Source: Scyliorhinus canicula (Eukaryota). From it: a stretch of DNA of 64,000 bases. A program made the position numbers and the translations under genes. The DNA is taken from contig NC_052146.1 of the NCBI RefSeq assembly GCF_902713615.1, positions 245,347,827 through 245,411,826 on the forward strand. The letters run 5' to 3'. The notes under the pieces are model-generated. The model did not search any database, had not been told where the DNA came from, and was given only the letters and a program-made list of their open reading frames with translations. Of the stretch, positions 11,300 through 23,234 are shown one piece after another (within the stretch, counting starts at the first letter, position 1; each line of letters opens with the position of its first letter).

Positions 11300-12043
11300 G
11301 GACGCAATTCTCCCATCGGGAGATTAAGTCCCGATGCCGGAGTGAAAACCGGAGTATTTCACTCTGGCGTCGGAGGCCGCTCCCAGCCCCCCATTCTCCC
11401 ACCCCCGGGGGGCTAGGAGTGGCGCCGTGCCATTTACGCACGCCGGGCCTTGGTGCCGCGTAAAAGCGGTGCCGCGTAAATTATATGGCCAGCGCCACGT
11501 AAATGACGTCACCTGCGCATGCGCAGGCTGGCCAGCGCCAACCCGCGCATGCGCGGTTGCCATCCTCCCCGCGGCCGCCTCGCAAGAAGATGTTGGATGG
11601 ATCTTGCGGGGAGGCGGAGGAAAGGAGGTCCTCCTTCAGAGAGGTCCGCCCGCTGATCGGTGGGCACCCATTGTGGGCCAGACCCATTTTGAGGCCCCCC
11701 CAGTGAAAGAACCCCCCTCCACCCCCCACAGGCAGCACCCCCCCCCCCCCCCCCCCCAGCGTTCCCGCTCTGTTCCTGCCGGCAGCTACCAGGTGTGGAT
11801 GGCGCAGGCGGGAACCTGTCGTGCTGGGCAGGCCGCTCGGCCCATCCGGGCCGGAGAATCGCCTCTCGCCCATTACAAATGGCGAGCTGCGATTCTCCCA
11901 GTAGCGAGGCGTGAATCTGGCCATGCGGGTTTGGGGGGGGGGGGGGGGGGAGAATCGCGTGCGGGTGCCGGGGCGGCGTGGCGGGACTCGCTCGGCGCCC
12001 TGGCGATTCTCCCACCCGGCGTGGGGGGGGAGAATTCCGCCCC
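11300..12043. mobile_element. PIF/Harbinger MITE, CpG-rich
   Basis: TIR GGACGCAATTCTCC / GGAGAATTCCGCCC; 3-bp flanks CAT/CAG. Confidence 0.8.
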
Positions 12044-13256
12044 CAGTTCTTAAAGGTACTCTCACATGACAATAGGAATTAGGTTTTAATAATAGCATGG
12101 ATTACTTGTCTCATTTAATTATGCAACCTTTAATGCATTCAGGAAAAATTTCTTCACATAATAGAGGGAAAGGAATGCTGTAATGAAACATGGTTTTCAA
12201 AGGATTTCAATAAAACCATTTTTTTTGCATCATTTATAACTACCCACAGTATTTCCTTCAGTGACTTCTAAGGTAAATGCATAACCAACAAAATGGTTAA
12301 TCAAGAGGGGCAGCCAAGTGGAAAGAAAACAGATTTTTATAGATTTTGCTCAGTTATATTTCTGATTCTGTGTGTCTTCTTCCCGATTAGAAGTCTAACA
12401 CTGTTCTTATACTTACACAGCAAACCTGAAGTAACATCAAATGAATGAGGAAATATTACATGATGCCATTGTATTTGCACCTACTGTGTTTTGCTTACCT
12501 GACACACTGATTTACTTCTGGGAACCTCACTGTGTACATGCAGGAACCTGCCTGTATCCATGCATGAGCAGCGGTGAGCTAATTTTTGATGAAGTCAAAC
12601 CTCTCAGTGTGCACAATAATTTCCTGTGGTTGCACACAGATTCAGCCTGATTAACAATATGAATCAAACAACTCTGGGCTGCAGTGATCAGGGAGAAATG
12701 GGAGCTGAACTTGCATCAGTAAATAGGTTTATTTCATTTTGTTGTTTTATGTCACCTTCAGAATGTGAATTCAGAGCTAGAATTTTCTGAGGGAGTGATG
12801 GGGGGTGGAAACCACTTAATCTTAAACGGTAATCCTTTGTTTGTATTGATAGTTCAAGAGTTAGGTTTTGCCACCCAATCAACAACTACCGGCCATCTTG
12901 TTGGCAACCCATCCCGGCCCCTGGGTGGACGCCGAGATAAGGGCCGTATGGGTGGTTGCCCCCCTCCCTCCCTTGCTCCGCCCCCCTCCTGGGCCACCCC
13001 TCCCCGACCACCCCACTCAACTAGCAACACCCACCGGGGGACCATCCAGGGCCACAGCGACGCTGCCCCCAGTGAGGGCAGTGCCGTCAAATGGTGGCCC
13101 TGGCAGCAGAGCCGAAGTCAGGACCGGGGGCATCGATGGGGTTGGGGGACATGCATGGTTGGGGCGCGCGGTGACAACCGGGGCCACCATTTAGCCCATG
13201 GTGGTTGCGCACGGGTTTATGCACCATGACAACATGCTTTTCCCTCATCCCCTGCA

Positions 13257-14045
13257 GACAATCATATTTGGTCAGCAATCAGCTACGTTGGCCCTTAGTG
13301 GCGGCGGCGACTGCCCTGCATGCAGCCCTGTGGCAGCGTGGGCGGGGCTGTCTCAGAGAGGAGGCGGAGGCAGCAGCAGAGGAGCGGGCTGCAGAGGGGC
13401 AGGTGCCGGCCGCCCGACAGAATGAGGAAGAGGAGATGGGGCCAAGGAGGCGCCGGATGAGGGCACGTGTCTACCGCAACCACAAGTGCTTTGAGAACCT
13501 CACGTGCAGGAGGAGACTGCGGATGAGCCGGGAGACTGTTCGACACATCTGCCACATGATGGCACACCTGGCACCGCGTGGGAATGGGGGAGGACACCCA
13601 CTCCCGGTGGCCGTCAAGGTGACGGTCGCACTCAACGTTTATGCGACGGGGTAGTTCCAGTCGCCGAGTGGGGACTTGTCTTGGATTTCCTAGGCATTGG
13701 CGCACAGGTGCATCCGTGCTGTCACCGATACCCTGTATGCCCTTGCGGATGGTATGTATGGTACCCTGTGGACCGCGACCACCAGGATGCCCAGGTAGTG
13801 GGCTTCGCCACCACCGCCGGGATGCCCCGGGTCCAGGGGGTCATCGATGGGTTGCATGCCACCCTGCGGCCACCGGCGGAAAACAGGCCGCTATTCAGCA
13901 ACCGAAAGGGGTACCACTCTATGAACATTCAGGTGGCCTTGACCACCAGTTGAAGATCCTGCATGTCTTTGCCTGATACCCGGGCAGTGTACATGACTCA
14001 TTCGTTTTGGCATAATCTGTGATCCCCAACATGTTCGAGGGACAC
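13257..14045 (+). pseudogene. Harbinger DDE transposase (HARBI1-like), disrupted and C-terminally truncated
   Basis: CRRRLRMSRETV, HPLPVAVKVTVALNVYATG*FQ, GMPRVQGVIDG, NRKGYHSMNIQV, YPGSVHDSFVL; in-frame stops and frameshifts. Confidence 0.88.
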
Positions 14046-14374
14046 CCCCCCCCCCCCCCCCCGGCCTCGCCCCCCTCCCCTCCCCCTCCCCCTCCCCCTC
14101 TCTCTGGTATCAACAAGGTTCTGAACATTAGCAGCCATGGAGCACAGAGAACGGACCATCTCCCTCTGTGTCTGTGCGGCCGGCCATCACCTGGGCAATG
14201 CCGCCGATGCTGTCAGCCATGGCATGCTGTGACTGGGCCACGCTGAGGAGCGCCGCTGCAATCTCCAGGTGACTCTGGCACATGGTTTCCTGTGAGAGGG
14301 CAGCCCTGTCCTGGGCCACGGCCCCCGCCTGCACAGAATGCCCCAGGCCTTGCACACACTGCCCCATGTCCGAC

Positions 14375-15295
14375 TTGGTTCCAACTCCATCTACAAGTTT
14401 GCTGATGATACGACCATAGTGGGCCGGATCTTGAATAACGACGAGTCCGAATACAGGAGGGAGATAGAGAACCTAGTGGAGTGGTGCAGCAACAACAATC
14501 TCTCTCTCAATGCCAGCAAAACTGAAGAGCTGGTCATTGACTTCAGGAAGCAAAGTACCGTACACACCCCTGTCAGCATCAACGGGGCCGAGGTGGAGAT
14601 GGTTAGCAGTTTCAAATTCCTAGGGGTGCACATCACCAAAAATCTGTCCTGGTCCACCCACGTCGACGCTACCACCAAGAAAGCACAACAGCGCCTACAC
14701 TTACTCAGGAAACTAAGGAAATTCGGCATGTCCACATTAACCCTCACCAACTTTTACAGATGCACCATAGAAAGCATCCTGTCGGGCTGCATCACAGCCT
14801 GGTATGGCAACTGCTGGGCCCAGGACCGCAAGAAACTTCAGAGAGTCGTGAATACCGCCCAGTCCATCACACAAATCTGCCTCCCATCCATTGACTCCAT
14901 CTACACCTCCCGCTGCCTGGGGAAAGCGGGCAGCATAATCAAGGATCCCTCTCACCCGGCTTACTCACTCTTCCAACTTCTTCCATCGGGCAGGAGATAC
15001 AGAAGTCTGAGAACACGCACGAACAGACTCAAAAACAGCTTCTTCCCCGCTGTTACTGGACTCCTAAATGATCCCCATATGGACTGACCTCATTAACACT
15101 ACACCGTGTATGCTTCATCTGATGCCAGTGCTTATGTAGTTACATTGTATATGTTGTGTTGCCCTATTATGTATTTTCTTTTATTCCCTTTTCTTCCCAT
15201 GCACTTAATAATCTGTTGAGCTGCTCGCAGAAAAATACTTTTCACTGTACCTCGGTACGCGTGACAATAAACAAACCCAATCCATTCCAATCCAA
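14375..15295 (+). mobile_element. Rex1/Babar-type LINE, 5'-truncated, RT C-terminus open to 15087
   Basis: KFADDTTIVG, KTEELVIDFRK, FYRCTIESIL, LLPSGRRYRS, RLKNSFFP; tail GTGACAATAAA followed by (CCAAT)n. Confidence 0.9.
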
Positions 15296-15649
15296 CATTG
15301 CCGCCCCATTGCCTCCATGCAGAAGTCACCTATGCGGTTTCGGCCTGGGGGACACGCATCACACAGATGGACTCCTCTACCTGTGTCTGCACGTTCCGGA
15401 AGTGGGCTGATATCTCCTCCTTTAGTCACTGGGTCTCTACCTGCACTATGGGTGGGACTGGACCTTCCAGGAGCCCGGGATCCGTCTGGACAGCAGCTTG
15501 TTGCTGGGGCTTTCTTGCCCACCTACCATCCGGCCCCTTGACAATTCCTACCTCCACCAGCTGTACTGGAACAACTATGTGGTGCGCACCAGTGAGTGTC
15601 CCAGAAGCCTCTTCACTAATTTGCCCAACCGAGATGGTGGAGCGTGATG

Positions 15650-16049
15650 TGTTAGGCGGGTTGGTTCGACGTTGACTGCAACTGGATGAAGGGAAGCTAG
15701 AAACAAACGTCTAACACCGGAGATGATCCAACATGGTTTTATTTAAACTATGAACTGCTATACATGTTCTGCTGTGGGTTGACACTCTACTAATCCTACT
15801 GACGACCTCTTACTGGCTCGACCAGACCTACTAGCTACCACATGGCAATAATGTCCACTGACATGGGCACTCTGACTGTCTCAGTGTCTGGCTCCTGAAA
15901 AGAGCGGGAGTCTTAATGCCCTGTGGGCGTTATAGTGGTGGTCTCTTGTCTGGTGATTGGTTGTTCTGTGTTCTGTGGTGATTGATCATCCTATGTGTCA
16001 ATCACTGCCTGTCTGCATCTCATTATATACATGGGTGGATATTATGACA
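15650..16049 (-). mobile_element. Solo LTR in Myb exon 3
   Basis: TG..CA ends, TSD GATG/GAGG. The Myb frame joins across it (SAPS|..ISVGQIS). Confidence 0.75.
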
Positions 16050-16102
16050 GAGGGTGCTGAAGACAGCTGTGATGGAAAGTCAGTCTCCTCATCTGACCCA
16101 AA

Positions 16103-16980
16103 CTCCAGGGTCTCCTGGGTCGTGGTGTCCTGGGTCATGAAGCCCTGGGTCGTAGCATCCTTGGTTGTGATGTCCTGGGTCGGGGTGGCCTGGGTCGTGG
16201 TGTCCTGGGTCATGATGTCTTAGGTCGTGGTGGCCTGGTTCGTGGTATCCTCGGTCGTGGTGTCCTGGGTCGTGGTGTCCTGGGTCGTGGTGGCCTGGGT
16301 CGTGGGTCATGATGTCTTGGGTTTGGTATCCTGGGTCATGGTGTCCTGGGTCGTGATGTCCTGGGTCGTGATGTCCTGGGTCGTTGTGGCCTGGGTCGTG
16401 GTATCCTGGGTCGTGGTATCCTGGGTCGTGGTATCCTGGGTCGTGGTATCCTGGGTCGTGGTGTCCTGGGTCGTGGTGTCCTGGGTCGAGGTGTCCTGGG
16501 TCGAGGTGTCCTGGGTCATGATGTCCTGGGTCGCGGTGGCCTGGGTCGTAGCATCCTTGGTTGTGATGTCCTCGATCGGGGTGGCCTGGGTCGTGGTATC
16601 CTGGGTCGTGGCATCCTGGGTCGTGGCGTCCTGGGTCGTGGTGTCCTGGGTCATGGTGGCCTGGGTCATGGTGGCCTGGGTCATGGTGGCCTGGGACATT
16701 GTATCCTGGGTCATGGTGTCCTGGGTCATGGTGTCCTGGGTCGTGGTGTCCTGGGTCGTGGTGTCCTGGGTCGTGGTGTCCTGGGATGTGGTGGCTTGGG
16801 TCATGGTGTCCTGGGTCGTGGTGTCCTGAGTCGTGGTGTCCTGGGATGTGGTGGCTTGGATCATGGTATTTGTGTCGTGGTTTCCCGGGTCGTGGTGTCT
16901 GGGTCATGGTGGCCTGGGTCGTGGTATCTTGTGTCATGGCTTCCTGGGTTGTGATGTCCTGGGTCATGGTATCCTGGGTC
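16103..16980. repeat. 15-bp minisatellite (GTGGTGTCCTGGGTC)n, ~55-60 units
   Basis: Direct inspection. Reads TQDTT in the Myb frame and PGHHD or VVSWV in other frames. Confidence 0.95.
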
Positions 16981-17936
16981 TTCTCGGGCAGAGTGCTGGT
17001 ATTCTGGCTGCTCTCCCTATCAGTACTCGGCTATCTGAGGGCACCGGCTCTGCCACTCGTTGGGGCCAGGGGGCCCTGGATGTGCCTGACCCAGCTCTGG
17101 CTGGTCTTGTAAGACACAAGACCAGCCGGTATGGTTAGACAGCCGGACGGGGGTGGGGCATGAGGTGGCGAGGGCTGGGGTGAGTGGGTGTGTGGGGGGG
17201 GGTTGGTATGGGTACACATTTGTCATGAGGACCAGCAACCAGGCAAGGGGGTCTCACTTTGTGGCGCGCCGCTGACTTCCGCATCGGTGACCTCCCTCTC
17301 CTCCAACCCGCCGACAATGGTTAGTGCCCTGTGCTCGGGCACGGTGAAGGGACGCAGGTCTGGTAGGTCACATCCAGTCTTCTCCCGCTCCCGGCAGTTG
17401 TGCGCAGCTTTGTCCTGGAGTGGGGCAAACACAAACAGCAACAGTGTTAGATGGCCCGACGCATGCAGCCCAGAGGTTGGGCAACTGATGGCATCAGTGG
17501 TCAGGGCACGCCCATTGCAGCTGGCATGGGTGCAGCAATGTGGGTCACGGTGGGGGTGGGGGCGGGTCACATGTGTGTGGTGGGTAGGGTGCCCCTGGTT
17601 GCCCTGAAGTGGTTGTGCAGTTTTTTTCTGCACTGGTCTGCAATCCGGGAAACCACCCCGACAGCGCTGACGGTGGCTCCCACCTCTGCCCAATGAAGGC
17701 AAATGATGGTGCCTGCTGACCGCCGTCCCGGCCTGGTGTATGGTATCAGACTCCTCTCCTCCAGGGAGTCAAATAGGGTCTCCTGTTCGGCGTCCCGGAA
17801 TCGCGGCCATGTTGGCTGCGATGCTTGTGTGTGTGTGAGGGGGAGAATGGTTTATGTACAGCCGCAGCATCACGTCAATCACGGTTGAAGTGTTGGCTAG
17901 TGTAGACTTGAGAGATGAACAGACACTTCCAACACT

Positions 17937-18789
17937 GACTGGATTGGATTGGATTGGATTTGTTTATTGTCACGTGTACCGAGGTACAGTGAAACGTATT
18001 TTTCTGCGAGCAGCTCAACAGATTATTAAGTACATGGGAAGAAAAGGGAATAAAAGAAAATACATAATAGGGCAACACAACATATACAATGTAACTACAT
18101 AAGCACTGGCATCAGATGAAGCATACACGGTGTAGTGTTAATGAGGTCAGTCCATATGGGGGTCATTTAGGAGTCTGGTAACAGCGGGGAAGAAGCTGTT
18201 TTTGAGTCTGTTCGTGCATGTTCTCAAACTTCTGTATCTCCTGCCCGATGGAAGAAGTTGGAAAAGTGAGTAAGCCGGGTGGGAGAGATCCTTGATTATG
18301 CTGCCCGTTTTCCCTCGGCAGCGGGAGGTGTAGATGGAGTCCATGGATGGGAGGCAGGTTTGTGTGATGGACTGGGCGGTATTCACGACTCTTCCTTGCG
18401 GTCCTGGGCCCAGCAGTTGCCATACCAGGCTGTGATGCAGCCCGATAGGATGCTTTCTATAGTGCATCTGTAAGCGTTGGTAAGGGTTAATGTGGACATG
18501 CCGAATTTCCTTAGTTTCCTGAGGAAGTATAGGCACTGTTGTGCTTTCTTGGTGATAGCGTCGACGTGCGTGGACCAGGACAGATTTTTGGTGATGTGCA
18601 TCCCTAGGAATTTGAAACTGCTAACCATCTCCACCTCGGCCCCGTTGATGCGGACAGGGGTGTGTACAGTACTTTGCTTCCTGAAGTTGATGACCAGCTC
18701 TTTCGTTTTGCTGGCGTTGAGGGAGAGACTTGTCGTTACACCATTCCACTAGGTTCTCTATCTCCCTCCTGTATTCTGAATCGTCGTTA
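17937..18789 (-). mobile_element. Rex1/Babar-type LINE inserted in the Gypsy 3' LTR
   Basis: Near-identical to 14375-15295 in the opposite orientation; (TGGAT)n tail; frameshifted. Confidence 0.9.
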
Positions 18790-19094
18790 TGATGAAGGTT
18801 CAACTCAATTTTATTAACTACTTCTAACTAACTAACACACGATGACTGTGGGTCTAAATGATGCTAACTTAAACTAGAGATCTAAGCCTTGTCCGAACCA
18901 GTTGATTCTCTCAGCACGTGGTGAGAGTCTGTGCTGGGCTGGATAAGTTCTTGTTACACTCAGAGGCAGCACCCAGAATGAGCGGGAACCGTGGTGCCCT
19001 CTGCTTTTATAGTGAGTGTATTCTAACTGGTGATTGGCTGTGGCCTTTGTACATGTTGATTGAGAGTTTCAGAGAGTCCACATGTGTACAGAGT

Positions 19095-22000
19095 TCATAA
19101 GTTCAGTCTCTGAGGTGGGCGACAAACTCTGGTTGACCGCCTCAAGGGTGGGATAATGGCTGGCGCCTCAGGAGCCAGGAGGGATGCAGCACTGTCAGGG
19201 GCAGGCAGAGTGACTGGAAGCGCCACACAGTCCACGGCAGGATCAGTAGCAGAGCTGGTTGGAGGATCCCTTGACGACCCTGGAACCAGGCGATGAGCAC
19301 GCCTGTTGCGGCGCCGAATGGATCCATCCGGTAAGCGGACCAGGAAGGAGCGGGGGACCACCTGCCTTAGAACGACAGCAGGCGCAGACCAGCCACCGTC
19401 CGGGAGGTGGATGCGACCCTTGTAGCGTGGATGGATGTCAGTAAGGTCAGCAGAGCACGTGAGTTGTAGGAAGTTTTCTGCTGCAGTTGAGACCTGTGCA
19501 TGTGGTGGAGCACGGGGAAATAATCGAGGTTGGGAGCGAGAATTGATGGCACCTTCGTTCTGAGGGTGCGGTTCATTAGTAGCTGAGCAGGCGACAGGCC
19601 GGTGGAGAGCGGGGTGGAGCGATAGGCTAGCAGAGCAAGATGGAAATCTGAGCCAGCGTCGGCGGCCTTGCTGAGGAGCCGCTTAACAATGTGGACCCCC
19701 TTTTCCGCCTTCCCATTGGATTGGGGGTATAGGGGACTGGACGTAACGTGCTCGAAGTTGTAGTGTTGGGCGAAGCCAGCCAATTCCTGGCTCGCGAAAC
19801 AGGGGCCATTGTCCGACATGACCGTCAGCGGAATGCCATGTCGGGCAAATGTCTCCTTACAAGCCCTGATCACAGCCGAGGATGTGAGATCATGCAGCAT
19901 GATGACCTCCGGGTAACTGGAGAAGTAGTCGATGATGATGACCTAGTCCCTGCCAATGCATGGAACAAGTCGATGCCCACTTTGGTCCAAGGCGATGTGA
20001 TGAGCTCATGGGGCATCAAGGTCTCCCATGATTGGGTGGGCTGAAAACGCTGGCAGGTAGAGCAGTTGAGCACCATATTGGCGATGATATCATTGATGCC
20101 CGGCCAGTAGACAGCTTCTCTGGCCTGCGGCGGCACTTCTCGATGCCTAAGTGCCCTTCATAGAGTTGCTCCAACACTAGCTGGTGCATGCTTTGTGGGA
20201 CGACGATGCGATCCAATTTCAGGAGCACCCCGTCGACAACCGCCAGGTCATTGCGGACGTTGTAAAATTGCGGGCATTGGCCCTTGAGCCAACCGTCTGA
20301 CATCAGGCGCATCACCCACTGCAGAAGTGGATCAGCCGCTGTCTCGCGGTGAATTTGCATCAGTCGTGCATCCGTAGCTGGCAAATGGGAGGCTGCAAAC
20401 TGAACGTGAGCAGCTATTTGGCAAATGAAGCCGTCATGATCACACGGAGTTGTGATCGACCTTGAGAGGGCATCGGCAACGGCAAGGTCCTTGCCAGGGG
20501 TATAGATCAGTTGAAAGTCATATCTGCGCATCTTGAGTAGGATACTCTGGAGGCGAGGCATCATGTCACTCAAGTCCTTTTTGATAATATTTACAATCGG
20601 GCAGTGGTCGGTTTCAACCGTGTACTGCGGAAGTCCACAGACGTAGTCGTGGAACTTCACAACTCCAGTGAGAAGGCCGAGACACTCTTTCTCAATTTGC
20701 GCATAGCGCCGCTCTGTGGGTGTCATCGCCCGCGACGCATACACAACGCGGGCCCATGACGAGGCCTCGTCTCGTTGCAGGAGCACGGCACCAATCCCCG
20801 ACTGACTGGCATCAGTAGAGATTTTGGTCGGGTCAAAAAAAACCAACACTGGGGTCATGGAGAGCTTGGCCTTCAGCTCCTGCCATTTATGCTCGTGAGC
20901 AGGGAGCCATCGGAAATCTGTAGTTTTGCGAATCAGGTCTCTGAGGGCTGTGGTGTGTGAGGCAAGATTCGGAATGAACTTCCCGAGGAAATTCACCATT
21001 CCCAAGAACCAGAGGGCCGCTTTCTTGTCCTCAGGCGTCTTCATGGACGTGATTGCTGCAATCTTGTCCTCGTCCGGACGCACCCCCTGGTGGAAGATGT
21101 GATCCCCCAGAATCTTGATACTCGACTGGCCGAAGGAGCATTTGGCCCTATTGAGTCGGAGGTCCTGTTTGTGGATGCGCCTGAAAACACGCTGAAGGCG
21201 GGCAATGTGTTCCTGCGGGGTGGTTGACCAGATAATAATGTTGTCGACATATACCCGGACGCCATCGATCCCCTCCATCATCTGCTCCATGATCCAGTGG
21301 AAAACATCGGACGCAGAGATGATGCCGAATGGCATCCAGTTGTAGCAGAACCTGCCAAAGGGTGTGTTCAACGTACACAGCTTCCTGCTTGACTCATCTA
21401 GTTGGATCTGCCAGAAACCCTTCGAGGCATCCAGTTTTGAGAATAGTTTGGCGTGGGCCATCTCGGACGTGAGCTCCTCACATTTCGGAATCGGGTAGTG
21501 CTCCCACATGATATTCTGATTCAGATCCTTAGGATCAATACAGATCCGCAGCTCGCCGGACGGCTTCTTGACGCAGACCATGGAGCTTACCCAATCTGTG
21601 GGTTCCGTGACCCTAGAGATGACTCCTTGGTCCTGGAGGTCCTGGAGCTGTTGCTTGAGGTGGTCCTTGAGGGGCGCTGGGACTCTGCGAGGTGCGTGAA
21701 CGACAGGCGTGGCTTTGGGCTTGAGCAAGACTTTGTACATGTAGGAGAGCGTGCCCATGCCTTCGAAAACATCATGGTATTGCTTGATGATGGAGTCGAG
21801 TTGCGCCCTGAAGTCTGTGTCAGAGGATGCAGACACATCGCTTGAAGAGAGAGATTGTGTACTCTGCACTAAGTGGAGCAGCTTGCATGCATGCACACCA
21901 AACAAGGAGGCGTTTGAGGCAGCAACAATCTCGAACGGGAGAATGACTGCGTGAGCACGATGTGTCACCTCAAGGCAGCAGGAGCCGCTGGCGGCGATGG

Positions 22001-22274
22001 CATTGCCATTGTAGTCCAGCAATTTACACGCAGATGGCAGGACAGCAGGCTGTACGCAGAGCTTGCGAAAATCAGACGATGCAATGAGATTGGCAGAAGC
22101 GCCAGTGTCCAGGCGGAACCTGACAGCGGACCGGTTGACCGTAAGGGTGGCACACCACTCATCATCCTGGCTGACGCGGACCGGTTCAGTGCCACGCTTG
22201 GGGGGCATCCTGTTCGTAGTAACGACGCTGATTTGGAACGGGACCTGTGGGTCATTGCAGGCAGTCGGAATCAA
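19095..22274 (-). pseudogene. Gypsy pol (PR, RT, RNase H, IN), frameshifted
   Basis: FRLDTGASAN, LRICIDPKDLN, LDASKGFWQI, MPFG, YVDN (YVDD mutated), TDASQSG, GHLGIEKC, GIDLF, SDNGPCF, PQSNGKAEK. Confidence 0.92.
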
Positions 22275-22389
22275 GGTCTAGAGTAGGTTCATTGATGGCA
22301 GGCTGGATAGCCCTGACATCTCTGTGGGGCTGGGTGGACATTTGAAAAACAGCAGGCATGGAAGATCTGCACATTGCAGCGTAGTGGCC

Positions 22390-23085
22390 TCATTTGCCAC
22401 ACTGCAGGCAGCGTCGGGACTTCGTGGGACATTGCCGCTTTAAGTGGGCGGAGCTGCAGTTGCCGCATGCCGGAGCGTCGGGACGTTCGTCGCGCCACCG
22501 CGCATGCGCGGGGCGATCCAGCATAGCGCGTACCTGCGCGAAGCGGCCCGTGACATCAGCACGCTTGCTGCGTGTAAGCGCAGGACTCCGTGAAAAGCGC
22601 GTGAAATGGCCGCCATCGTTCAGATCCAGAGCCTGAAAAGATTTAATCATTTGGACCCGTTCTGCCTTGTAAGGGGCTTGCTGCGCCCTTTCAGCAGCCT
22701 GAATGCAGGAATAGCGCGTGGAGGCATGTTCATGAAGTACACAGGTCTCAATGCCGTGGAGAGAGTGAGCTGCTTTACTTTCAGCAGCTGGCGCAGGGGC
22801 TCAGATTGAACACCAAAAACAATCTGGTCACGGAGCATGGAGTCAGAGGTGGACCCGTAGTTGCAGGACTGCGCAAGGACGCGGAGGTGGGTAATGAAGG
22901 ACTGGAAAGGCTCGTCCTTACGCTGAATTCGCTGCTGAAACATGTATATTTCGAAGCACTCGTTGACCTCGACCGCGCAGTGGCTGTCGAACTTCATAAT
23001 TATGGTCTTGGATTTGTCCTCCCCCTCATCAAAGGTGAGCGAGTTGTAAATGTGCAGAGCATGGTCACCGGCTGTGAAGAGGAAG
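22390..23085 (-). pseudogene. Gypsy gag with zinc knuckles, N-terminally deleted
   Basis: FQQRIQRKDEPFQSFITHLRVLAQSCNYG...LRDQIVFGV; CGNC..H..CP..CLQCGK. Confidence 0.85.
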
Positions 23086-23234
23086 AGAGCAGGAACCGTG
23101 GTGCCCTCTGCCTTTATAGTGTGTGTATTCTAACTGGTGATTGGCTGCGGTGTTTGTACATGCTGATTGGTCCCTGTGTGTGTCTATCAGTGTGTGTCTG
23201 CACCATGATATACTGGTGTATATTATGACAATGG

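Larger units (their letters stand above)
9704..12071 (-). mobile_element. Solo LTR hosting a second LTR and a MITE
   Basis: TG..CA ends and 4-bp TSD ATAG (9700-9703/12072-12075); same family as 35890-36462. Confidence 0.85.
14110..17810 (-). pseudogene. Harbinger Myb/SANT-like DNA-binding gene, three exons, disrupted
   Basis: Exon ~17810-17594 encodes RFRDAEQETL...WAEVGATVS...DQCRKKLHN. Exon 17414-17258 encodes DKAAHNCREREKTG...LRPFT. Exon 3 starts at 17105 and has a low-complexity linker and a coiled-coil tail. Confidence 0.8.
17886..23230 (-). mobile_element. Ty3/Gypsy provirus with partially deleted LTRs
   Basis: TG..CA ends, 5-bp TSD ACGGT/ATGGT (17881-17885/23231-23235), domain order gag-PR-RT-RH-IN. 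Confidence 0.9.

Noticed and set aside
13257-14045. Domesticated HARBI1/NAIF1 host genes
   Set aside because: Multiple stops, frameshifts and nested TEs in all three copies, and a transposon layout.
16089-16967. 292-aa PGHHD histidine-rich protein, or VVSWV membrane protein
   Set aside because: These are alternative frames of a 15-bp minisatellite; the flanking sequence shows the native frame is TQDTT in the Myb gene.
16103-16980. CRISPR-like array
   Set aside because: Contiguous tandem units with no unique spacers, no cas genes, and a eukaryotic context.
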